Source of the DNA: Octopus vulgaris
Taxonomy: Eukaryota
Direction: 5' to 3'
Length of the DNA stretch: 64,000 bases
Assembly: GCA_951406725.2 (NCBI GenBank)
Contig: OX597834.1
Coordinates: 18,476,001-18,540,000, forward strand
Shown piece by piece: positions 47,901 to 59,900 of this stretch. Below the pieces are notes generated by a model, which was not told the origin of the DNA, searched no databases, and saw only the letters and a program-made list of their open reading frames with translations. Numbering within the stretch: the first letter of the stretch is position 1; each line of letters opens with the position of its first letter. The position numbers and the translations under genes were made by a program.

Positions 47901-50900
47901 ATCATCATCTGGTCAGGCTTGCTCAGACAAATGTCTTTCAATTGCTACTTTCTTGTCTATGGTCACAGGTCCTATGGACAATTGCGGTGCCAGTCAAACT
48001 GATGAATTTCCCAGACCAAGATTCTTAAGAGTGTAATTTGTTCTCAGAAGTTGGAAGAAATCCAAAGACAAAGTATTTTTTATGCTTTGCTTCTTTATTT
48101 GAGACTGTAGGATATAATTTGTAGGAGATTTGCTTGCTATTTCTAGCATATCAAGCAACCCTATAAAGGCTCCCTCATTGGATCAAAGTTATGCTATATA
48201 TGGATGAATAAATGTGTTAGTTATATATATTTCTTTACTACCCACAAGGGGCTAAACATAGAGGGGACAAACAAGGACAGACAAAGGTATTAAGTTGATT
48301 ACATCGACCCCAGTGCGAAACTGGTACTTTATTTATCGACCCTGAAAGGATGAAAGACAAAGTGGACCGCAGCAGAATTTGAACTCAGAACGTAACGGCA
48401 GACGAAATACCGCTAAGCATTTCGCCCGGTGCACTATTGTTTCTGCCAGCTTGGTAAAAGATAGCTGAGTTGATTAGATGTTGAATAACTAAATTAAGTG
48501 GTCAGCATTTTATGTTCTGCCCCTGGCATTGGATTTAGGAACCACTGGCTGAGATGGTCCATTTAACTGGAAGAAAGTTCTGCTGACTAGCAAAATCTAC
48601 TTCATTTCAAGTAGTTACTCCAGGATGATGATATAGTTCAGTGACAAACAACCTTCTTCAAATGGTGGCCTCAAAAATTCATGAGCAAAACTTCAAGGAC
48701 CCCCCAAATATAAATTTACTTTTAATTATGTTAAGGCGATGAGCTGGCAAAATTGTTAGCACATTGGAGAAAATGCTTAGTGGAATTTCTTCCGGTTCTG
48801 AGTTCAGATCCTGCTGAGGTTGACTCTCATTTATCCCTTGGGGCCAATAGAATAAGTACCAGTTAAGTACTGGGTTTTATGTAATTGATTTCCTGCCTCC
48901 CCTCAAATTTGCTGGCCTTGTGCCAAAATTAGAAGGACTTGTGTAACAAAACAATCATCATCATCATCATTGCTTTCATCATCAGCTTTCCATGCCAGCA
49001 TGGGTGGGACGGTTTGACAGGCAGAAGCCTGCATCAGAGAGGACAGACAAACGGATTAAGTCGATTATATCGACCCCAGTGTGTTACTGGTACTTATTTA
49101 ATCGACCCCGAAAGGATGAAAGGCAAAGTCGACCTCAGCGGAATTTGAACTCAGAATGAAGCGGCAGACAAAACACCGCTCAGCATTTCGCCCGGCATGC
49201 TAACGTTGCTGCCAGCTCGCCGCCTTCCTAACACCAGCCACTCAGCAGAGTGGACTTAGTGCTTTTCACATGGCACAAGCACAGGCAAAGTCAAAGAAAT
49301 TAATCAAACATTATATAATTAAATACATGTAAATTTACTTATAATTGATTAAGATTTTAGATTGTCTTGTGTAAAAAATAGTGACATCTTAGGCCTTATA
49401 ATTGCACTTAAAGACCACTATAACTTTGGTTTGGAACACTTGTGGTCTGTCTGGGTCTTGATGAGCATTACTGGTATAGTCCATTTAGTGATAAGTAGGT
49501 ACCATAGGATAGTAGCATAGTCTAGTCAAAAGTAGCTGTAGAATGGTACAGTCCTCTTAGCAATGAATTGTTACAGCAGAGTGGTATAGTCCATTAAGTA
49601 GGTACCATAGGATAGTTGTAGAGTTCATTTATGGATAATTATGTACTGTAGAATGGTATAGTCCACTTAGCTGTAAGTAGGTACCCAAGATCTACTTAGG
49701 TACCCATGATCTACTTAGCAATAAGTAGATACCACAGGAGGGTGGCATAGTACACCCAGGTAAAAACTCATTAATGCTGTTGCTATCATGCTATCTTTTG
49801 TTATTTTTGTTTGTTTAGGTGGGACAAGAAACTACCCCTATTTCTGAGACATTGTACCACTGGGTATGTTTGTTCCCATATCCTCTTCCAAGGGGTTGAA
49901 TTGCTTCAAAGACAAAGGAACTACAAAGAAGCTATTGTGATATTAGAGGAGTTACTGTCCCAGGACTTATATGGCTGCAGCCACAGAGGTCGTTGGTATG
50001 ATCGATTGGCCTTGAACTTGGACCAACATTTGCGGTCACCAGGCAAGGTAGAGCAATTAGTCTTGTTCTTTTGAAAACAAAGTTTCCATGTTTTCCCTTT
50101 CAGCTACCCTACACCTCCCCTCTTTTCCTTTCCTTTTCTCCCCCTCTCCTTTCCCTCCCTCTCTCCTTCCCCCTTCTCCTCCTGCTTGATCTGGACTGAC
50201 TTAGTGGTGGTGGTGGTGGGAGTTGAACAGTAACAAGGAGAAAACTCATGACATAAAAAAGGCACCCGAGGAGCAATGCATACCCTGGGCACAGATAAAT
50301 TTTTTCTCAAATTATAGTGTGGCTTGCCACGTGTTGCTTATCCACACGTTTTAATTGAACTGAATTAAGCTTTGTAAGTGTTTGACTAAAAGAGGATTAG
50401 AAGCCGAAATAGATGACAGCTAAAAGTAGACTTGATCGATGTCTACACCAAACACATGAGTAAAATTTGCATATGACTAAATAAATGATTGTTCAAATAA
50501 TATTCATGATTATGAAAAAGAAAGTGAACAAAATGAAATACTTATAGAAAATGTGGCATAGAATTTCAGAAGTGTTTTCAGCATCTTTCAATGATGGCAA
50601 GCGAATCAAACATACTGTAGTTCGTTGTAAGATATATTGGGTTATCCCATAAATAATGCAGTCTTTTCAGTTCCATGAACTAAAAGTCGGAGGGAGACAG
50701 GATAAATTGCCTGCATCAACATGCTATAAAAGCAGGCCGTAAGTTTATCTTGTCCTAATTGTTAGTGCAAGTTTTGAAGAGTGCAGTTCGATTTTAACAT
50801 ATTTTTCCAAAGCTATAATGGAAGTGACAAAGGAGCATATTTGGCATATTTTGCTTTATGAGTTCAATAAAGGCAACAACACAATGGAAAGTGCGAGGAA

Positions 50901-53900
50901 TGTTAATGTAGTATATGGGGATCGGACAATAAGCGTAAGCCAGTGTCAACAGTGGTTTCAGAAATTCTGAGCCGGAAACTACAGCTTAGAAGCTGAGCCA
51001 TGTCCTGGAAGATCTGTAGAGCTTGATAAGGACATCCTGCAAACCCTGGTGTAGCAAAATCCCATCGTAACTGTTCAGGAACTAACAGAGAAGCTTGGAT
51101 TTGGTCATTCAACCATTCATTGACACCTGCATGCCATTGTAAAAGTCAGCAAATTGGGTCAATGGGTTCCTCACAGACTTTGCGAGTCTAATCGTGTGCA
51201 CAGAGTGAATGTTGTAGGTGTTGTTGTCAAACTGTGAACACCCAGGACCAAAGCTGCATAATGTCACATTTGATGCTCTACTGATTCCACCAGTCTACTT
51301 TCTTGCATTTGTATTTTATTGACTCTGAAAGGATGAAAGGCAAAGCTGACCTCATTCGAGGCAGCAGCTGACTGGATGTGACTGGGAGTGGGATGAAGGG
51401 TCTCCAGAGGCTCAGCATCAGCTTGGAGGACGCAGAGGGACTGGTATGGGACTATCAGTGATGGAGAGCACTGATGGACCTGGTTGGCTCTACACATGAT
51501 GACCTCAGGGTCCCACTAAGCAAGCAAGAGTTTGAAACACCAGGTAACTTCCATCTGATGATCCAATGCCTGTTCACCATATATAATATGTGTGTGTGTG
51601 TGTGTGTGTTTGTGTAAGTGTGTGTTTGCATGCATATATGCACATGTATGTGTGTTTATAGGTTAAAATTTATTAATTTTCTTTTTGTTATTGTTTTATT
51701 TCCAGGCTCTGGACATAATAGAAAAAGGTCTGAAGGACTCTTTGGTTTCTGTTGGCCATAGATATTCTTTATATTTAAGAGCAGAAAAAATTTGCAAAGA
51801 TTCCAAATCTCGCTGGCACAAAAGATTAAAGAAACTCAAACATGAACCTGTTGTCGAAGCTCCTAAGGTATGTTTCACACCTTTACAGCTGAATGAATTT
51901 TTCTATTTTACCAATTACAGGTACAACACTAACTGATGGTTCAGAACCTCTTATAGTTTACACTAATTTACCCTGATACCTGTATTTCAATTAATTCTTT
52001 TCATAAATTTAATATATGTTTAATTTAAGGTGGTCATGCTGGGTGAAATGCTTTATAGCATTTCGTCCATTCTGAGTTCAAATTCTGCTGGGGTTGGATT
52101 TACCTTTCATCCTTTCAGGGTCGGTAAAATAAGTACCAGTTGAGTGCTGGAGTTAATTTAATTGACTTTAGCCCCTCCCCACCAAACTACTGGCCTTGTG
52201 AGTGCTGACCAGGGTGACTACCATGTTTTAGAAAAACCAGTTAGCCTGAGAGACTTGATCTCAAAGGTTCCAGAAAATTAATTACCTTAATTAATATATT
52301 CGTTTTGTTTGTTTTAATTTTGATTTCTTTATAGGGTAATCTAAATGGATGTAACAGAGTAATATAAATGGATGCCTAGTTTTATATCTTGCTATTTTTA
52401 GTTCAATTCTTACAGAATTTAACACTGCCTACCATCCTCCTGGGATCAATATTAATTGTAATACACTAAGGTCAGCAGTATTGTGTCTATATTGTATTTG
52501 CTGAAGAACTGTGAAGTTGGTTACAGGTTCCTTAATGAACCAGTTTTTCATTGATTCACTGCATTAAAGGGGGTCAGTTTGTGCAGCTTGGACAACAAAT
52601 TCCACTCTCTTTCTCTCTATGCACACACACATATGATGGGCTTCTCTGTTTCCATCCACCAGAGTCACTTGCAAGGTCTTGGTTAGCCTAGGTCTATAAT
52701 AGAAGACTTACCCAAGTTGCCTTGCAGTGGGACTGAACCCTAAATGATGTACTTGGGAAGCAAACCTCATAACCACACAACCATGCCTTCAAAGAGGGAA
52801 AAATAAATGTCAAACAGTGAAGATAAATGAAAATAACAAAATAACATGAACTGCTTATTGAGATGTTGTGAACTGAATGCTTAATTTTAGAAATAATAAA
52901 CTGGTGTATTTATTTAATATTTCAGGTATTCATCACTGGTAAAACATTAGAATGTGGTTTACCTGGTGTCAGGTATCAGTTTATTACTAATAATTACGAT
53001 GCAACAGATGGTACTTCCTCTGAAGATGTAGTAATGTGTCCTGTTGAAATTCTTGTTCTTAATCATTACAAGAACAATGGCTATCCACAAGGTAAGAAAC
53101 TTAATGCTAACACAGGATCTTGTCCTCACTTGGTAAATCAATCAATCAACCTTTGACTTGGTTGAGCAACCAATCCCAACCAGTTGGGATTCACATTATG
53201 GGTTCGGCTATTCATCCTCTCGATTGCTGGATGCAAAACGTAGCTTGCAAAAACCTCCATCACTGGAGGTTCCATTTACATCTTGCAAAACCCTCTGTCA
53301 CAAGGTTATCCATTTACTGCTGAATGGACTGTGCAATGTGAAAGGAAGTGTTTTGCTCAATAACACAACACATAACCGGTGTGGGGAGGGAAACCGTGAT
53401 CTTGCGATCACGAGTGCAACACCCTAACCTATTTCTTTATTACCCACAAGAGGCTAAATACAGAGGGGACAAACAAGGACAGACATAGGTATTAAGTCGA
53501 TTACATCGACCCCAGTGCGCAACTGGTACTTAATTCATCGACCCCAAAAGGATGAAAGGCAAAGTCGACCTCGGCGGAATTTGAATGCACAACGTAACGC
53601 AGACGAAATACCGCTAAGCATTTCGCCCGGCGTGCTAACGTTTCTGCCAGCTCGCCACAATACCCTAACCACTAGGCCATGCACCTTGATAAAACTGCCC
53701 AATGATGCAGATGGAATTTAGGGGATTCTTGTCAACAAATTTGGTTTCTTTACTTCTGATGTTGTGAGAGATTTAGTTGTTAAATTGTGTAGGTCAAGTG
53801 TTAATGAAGATATTATTTAATTAAATGTCATGTTGATTAATTTCACGTCGTTTGTCTTGTGTTGCAGGTCTTCATGCTGAAGGTTCCATCATGCATTTCC

Positions 53901-56900
53901 TTTTTGCTCTGTTCTTCTTCGATATCCTTTACATGGACCTACCCGATGTCTTCATTAGTCCCTTTCAAGCATGTCCCCTCGACATGGCGTCTCCTGACTT
54001 CTATTTAAACAGAAAAGAAGCAATCGATGAGCGTTTGAAATTCATCTCCACTGCATCTCTACAGGTGAGGCTTTGTGCGTGTGTGTGCGTATATATTTAC
54101 CGTAAATCCTCGAGTATAGTCCGCCCTTGAGTATAATACGCAGGGGATTTTTAGGGGGCTGTACCTCTGAAAAACCTAAACCTTGTGTATAATACGCACC
54201 CTTTCTCTAACTTGAGTCGTGCGTACATTCTTCCTGTCAGTTGTGAGAAATTAAAGTCAATCACTTGACTACCTGAACAGAAATATTCATCAATCCTATT
54301 CACTTTTCTTACTTATTGATCCTATTCACAGAAATATTCATCAATCCTATTCACTTTTCTTACATTCTTTCTCACTATCTATAATGTGTGTGTGCAGATA
54401 TAATAATTGAAGATGACCTGAGACGCATGCTCAGTGTCTCTTTATGCATTAAATTATCAAATTATCCAATTTTTCTTTCTTGAAAAAGCAAAAAATATGA
54501 AAACGTTCAGAGTTGTCTCCCTTGCTTCCATATCCCAGAGATAATGTCGGATAACCTTACAGTATTTTCTCCTAATGGCTATCTTCAACCCTGCTGTGAT
54601 AATTTGTGATGCTGTACCCACCTAGGTCACACATATGACCAAAGGCATTCCAGCTATGACTACCCTGACTTTTTCTTACGTTTGGGGAACCAAGACCACG
54701 TTTATGCAGCGTACCCTTTGCTGGCTGAGTGATTAGAAGGACATTTTGCTGCTGTTTGTTGCAAGTCTTACAATCATGTAGAGACCTCAGTTGTTTAAAG
54801 TACAGGAGTGGGTTGGACCACCTAGGGTCACTCATTGCTATTGCTTAGTTTTAGCTGCGCAGCTCACCTTATACAACAGGAGGTGGTGGTGGTGCACATT
54901 TCACATCATACAACACTAATACTATCAAGGGACAGCATGAACACCACAACGTCCTCTTCTGAACTAAACATCTTAGGCACCATGCCTCTTTTGGAAAAGG
55001 CAACTGATAAGCAGTTATATCTTTCAAGATACCAAAATATCGGTAGCAAGCAAAATAATAGGAATTAATGTAAGAACATGTTTTCGTGTTGAACATAGAG
55101 CATTTACATCTTTCCACAGAGATGCCCGGTTGAGTAAGTGGGTATTGTGATGAGCATGGAAGCCATGGGTGGATGTAAACCTGAGTGAAGGTTTTGGTGG
55201 TAGTAGCAAATATTCGAACTGGAAACCTGCTATGTATGGTGGGTACAGATTGACTTGAGCACTGCAAATTGCTATGGACCCAGATTTTAAAGCTATTGTT
55301 TAGCTACATTGAATTCATCTTAGATTCTTTTAATACACCTTGTGTCATGTATAACATCCATCCATCCATATGTATCATCATCATCATCGTTTAATGTCTG
55401 CTTTCCATTCTGGATGCTCTCCCAAACGCCAACCACTTCACAGTGTGGACTAGATGCTTTTTACATGGCATGGATTGCATTGTTAGAAATGAACTGACAA
55501 GCCAGATGTCTTTGCCAAGCTCCAATGCCAGCCACTTCACAGAGGGTACTGGGTGCTTTTTCATGGCACCAGTACTAATGAGTTTACTAGGTACTTGTAA
55601 GACAAGGCTCTTCATATTGAGGGATATGAAAGTATGTGAGGGGTGGGGAATAAGAGCAGGTATCTTGTTGAAGGTGAATACATGGCTTCTCCACCTGGAG
55701 AGAGAGAGATACAAGGTACTTGGTGAATATGAAGAGAGATTAGAATAGGGAACAAAAGTTGTGGGTAGATTGGTAAGTGCTTTAGAGTGAAAAGTGTGAA
55801 TAATGATTAGAGATAGGAATTTAGTTGGATGCAGTGAATATCAGTTTGAGGGAGAGGAAGTGAAGGAAGGAAATAGAGGTGGGTCGGGGGGAGGCAGTGA
55901 CAAGGGACAGTAGTTGGGATATGGATACACTGTGGTGTAAGGCTAGACAGGGCCTCATTTTTTTGAGGTGGAAGTGTCTTCTTTAGTACAGTGTATCACC
56001 AATCATCTCAACCATGATTTGTTAAATTGTTCAATCATTTTGTGTTTCTTCTTGCAGGAACTAAACGAGCAAATAGCAAAAGTGTGGGAAGACAATTATG
56101 GCTGCCTGTTTGCAGGTGGCAAGTGGGAGATGTTTAATTCACTTTCCGAATTGCAGGTTTGTTTACATTTGTTACCATAGAAACAACTGAAACTGTTTTG
56201 TCATTCTTCTCTCTCGCTTCCACTTCATCTCTTTCTATTTCCATTCTTTTACTTAAGGAGACACAACAATCAGAAGAAATCATTAATATGTGTGCTAACA
56301 ATGGAGTCACTAAATGTGTTAGAGATAGCAGCAACTTCTCCCTACTATCACATTATGCTATCATCAAAAACAGAACACATTGCATAGTGTAGTCCTAGGG
56401 AAACTTATTCTCTGTTCAATTCCTGTGCATAATTCTATTTACTGTTCAGGCATTTTCTCATGAATTGTAGTGCACCTGAGTGTTGTATGTAATAACTTCA
56501 TTATAATAATAATAATTATTATTATTGTGGCAGCGAGCTGGCAGAATTGTTAGCGTGCTGGACAAAATGCTTAGTAGCGTTTTGCCCATCGCTATGTTCT
56601 GAGTTCAAATTCCACTGAGGTTGACTTTGTCTTTCATCCTTCTGGGGTCAAATAAAATAAGCACCAGTTGAACACTAGGGTTTGATGTAATCGACTCATC
56701 CCCTCCCCCAAAATTGCTGCCCTTGTGGCAAAACACGAATCCATTATTATTATTCATGATGTCTGAAGAACAAAAGACAAACGCTGAATGGTAGCCACTA
56801 AAGCACAAAGTCAGCTCAACCATTTTCAACCATGGGCTACAAACAATGTTTTATATTGCTGTTATTGTTTAGCCCTTGGTCAGTCTTGACTGCTCAAAAG

Positions 56901-59900
56901 CATTCTAGCAATGACTATCCGATCCTTCTCTCAGACATTGTGTATCTAGGGCTGCTTTATCCTATGTGTCCCTTCCTTTTCAAGGCTGCAGGGTGCATTT
57001 GGAAGACTTGGTTCTTATTTCTAACATGCTGAATGACTTCATATTAGTTTCCTCATTGTCTTCAATATTGTTGGAAGTATGGTAGATTGGCAGAGATGTT
57101 GGGTTGCTAGGCTAAATAGTTAAATGTAGTTTGGTTTCAAACCTCTACATTCTGCGTTCAAATTGTGCCCTTGTCTTTCATCCCTCCAGATTTGATAAAA
57201 TAACTACCTGTTGTTCATCCACCTGAAATTCACGGCCTAAAGCTTATGCATGAAAATCCTTATGTATCAATAGTTGTGACTGTGTAGTAAGAAGTTTGCT
57301 TTCCGGCCACATAGTTTTGGGTTCAGTCCCACTAGATGGCACTTTGAACCAGTTTCTTCCTCTATAATCCTAGGCTGGCCAAAGCCTTGTGACTGGATTT
57401 GGTTGATGGAAACTCAAAGAAGCCCATTGTGTGTAAATGTATAGTGGCACTAATTACCTGGTGTTTGAACTCAGTATACACTGTCATGGTTGGAATATCT
57501 TTGATCATGGACATACTTGATCAGGGCTGACCTGGGGTTAAACAACCTTTCCTACCACGACTTGCTAGAAATATTGTCCAGATGTCCCCTGATTCACATT
57601 CTACTTTCTTAAAAAAAAAGGACACCTTACATATTGTTGTCCAATGTAGAGTACACAATGCCTGGGAAAGAAAAGATGGGGTGGTCATATTTGTGCCATC
57701 TTTGTTCATAAGCTTGCTTAATCAGTGCTAACACCCTCCTGCCGCTCATTATCCCTTCTTTGTTTCACTGTCAAACTCTGCTTTATAAAAACTCTCCCTC
57801 ATCTTTTCTACCTGTACACAGGTGTGAAAAATATTTTGTTTCTTTATTTATTTCTATTTTAATTAATTCATTGTTTTTTTTCATTTAATACTAGGGTTTG
57901 GTTAGTTGTATGGAAGGTAAGATTCTGGCAGGAATCTTTGGAAGGTATGCCAAAAATCCACGTCACACTCGAAGTGGGTTTCCTGATTTAACACTCTGGA
58001 ATGTAAACACAAAGAAATTCAAGGTTTGTTGCATTTTTATAACTTCTCTTTCTATACTTTATCCTGTATACACTCACTCTACATCTCCTTTATACACCCT
58101 CCCTTAATAGTTTAATCTCATACAATCACGGTATTTGATAATAAACTGTGTCTGTGTTCTTTAGTTTTGCTTGAACTAAATCAGGGAGATTCAGCTTGAC
58201 ACAGAATGTGACGAGGCTGGCCCCTTTGAATTACAGGTACCAATCATTTTTGCCAGCTGGGTGGACTGGAGCAAATATACGTTGTTCAAGGACAACTTGC
58301 TGTTGGGAACTGAAAGGAATTGAACTCATCACCTTGAACCGAATAACCTAACCACTAAACCATCTGCCTTTGACCACTGACAAATAAGTAATCTGCAGTG
58401 CAGCTTAATCTCATTTATTCCTGATTATAAAGAGGAAGTTCTTTATTTCTGTTGTGTGTTGTATGGCATCTTGGTTGGTCTTTGACTGGTTCTGGTATCA
58501 TATCAGTTTTTCTATGAGAAGGGGTTGCTTGCCCCAACACTTTGTCCTTCATTTCTGAGGAAAGGGACATTGTAAATAGTCTCCTTATAACCCTTCTCAC
58601 AGCACAACAAATCAGATTCCCACAGAGAAAGTGAGAGAGTATTGACACCAGTACACAACTGGTATTTATTTGTTGACATGCGAAGGATGTAAAGCAAAGT
58701 TGACTTTGGCAGGATTTGAACTCAGCACAGAGAAATTTGAAACAAATACCACAAGGCATTCTGTCTGATGCTCTACCCACTCAGTTTATTAGTTTGAAGA
58801 CATTGAACTAAGTTTTTTGGATTGAAAGAGAAAGAGAAAACTAAAATCTAAAGCTCTTTTGTATTAGTGTTAGTAAATAATTGTATTAAAATGTTGAGAG
58901 GACATGCGACGTATGTGATTGAATACACGCAATTTATATAAAATAAAATCTCTCATTCATGCAAGAATGGGAAAATTGATATTAAATGATGATGATGATG
59001 GTCGTGGTTGGAATGCCTTTCATCATGAGTCTACTCAATCAGTCTCACTTGGGCTAAAAACAACAACTGTACATTTTATTGTTTCTCTTTTAACAATATT
59101 GATCTCCATTAAATTGGATATTTATGTTCCCATTAACTGTTCTATAGCAATCTATTGAACAGTCAGACTTCATTGATTTCATTCTGTTTGATCTCTTTCA
59201 TTGTTTTCTAACTTTGATATTTCATAGATTTTTTTTTCTATGTTATTGTTAAACTATTCCATCATCATTTAACGTCTGCTTTCCATGCTGGCATGGGTTG
59301 GATGATTTGACTGAGGATTGGCGAAGATGGCTGCACCAGGCCCCAATCTGATCTGGCAGAGTTTCTACAGCTGGATGCCCTTCCTAACACCAACCACTCC
59401 GAGAGTGTAGTGGGTGCTTTTATGTGCCACTGGCAACAGCCATGCTTAAGTGGTGTTTTTTACGTGCCACCTGCACAGGAGCCAGTCCAGCGGCACTGGT
59501 AATGACCTTGCTCAAGTGTTTTTCATGTGCCACCAGCACAACTGCCAGTAAGGCGATGCTGGTAACGATCACGTTTGAATGGTGCTTTTTATGTGCCACC
59601 AGCACAGAAGCCAAAACCTTGTACACCTTATATCTAGTTTAGCGTTCTAATTTTTGTTTAATTTGGAGTTCTGATAATATTCTTGGAAAAGCAAGAATGC
59701 TGCAACTTGTTTTTCCTTCTCAGTTTTGCTAGCTGAGGACTGCAGCAGCAAGAAGAAATAAAGTGTCTTGCTCAAGGACACATGCTGCCAAGAATTGAAC
59801 TCACGACCTCGAGCCATCTATCCCAACCTCTTAGCCACACACACCTTCAAACAAATGAGATAAAAGAGAATGCGTGTAGTTCCTAGTGGGAACTGAACCC

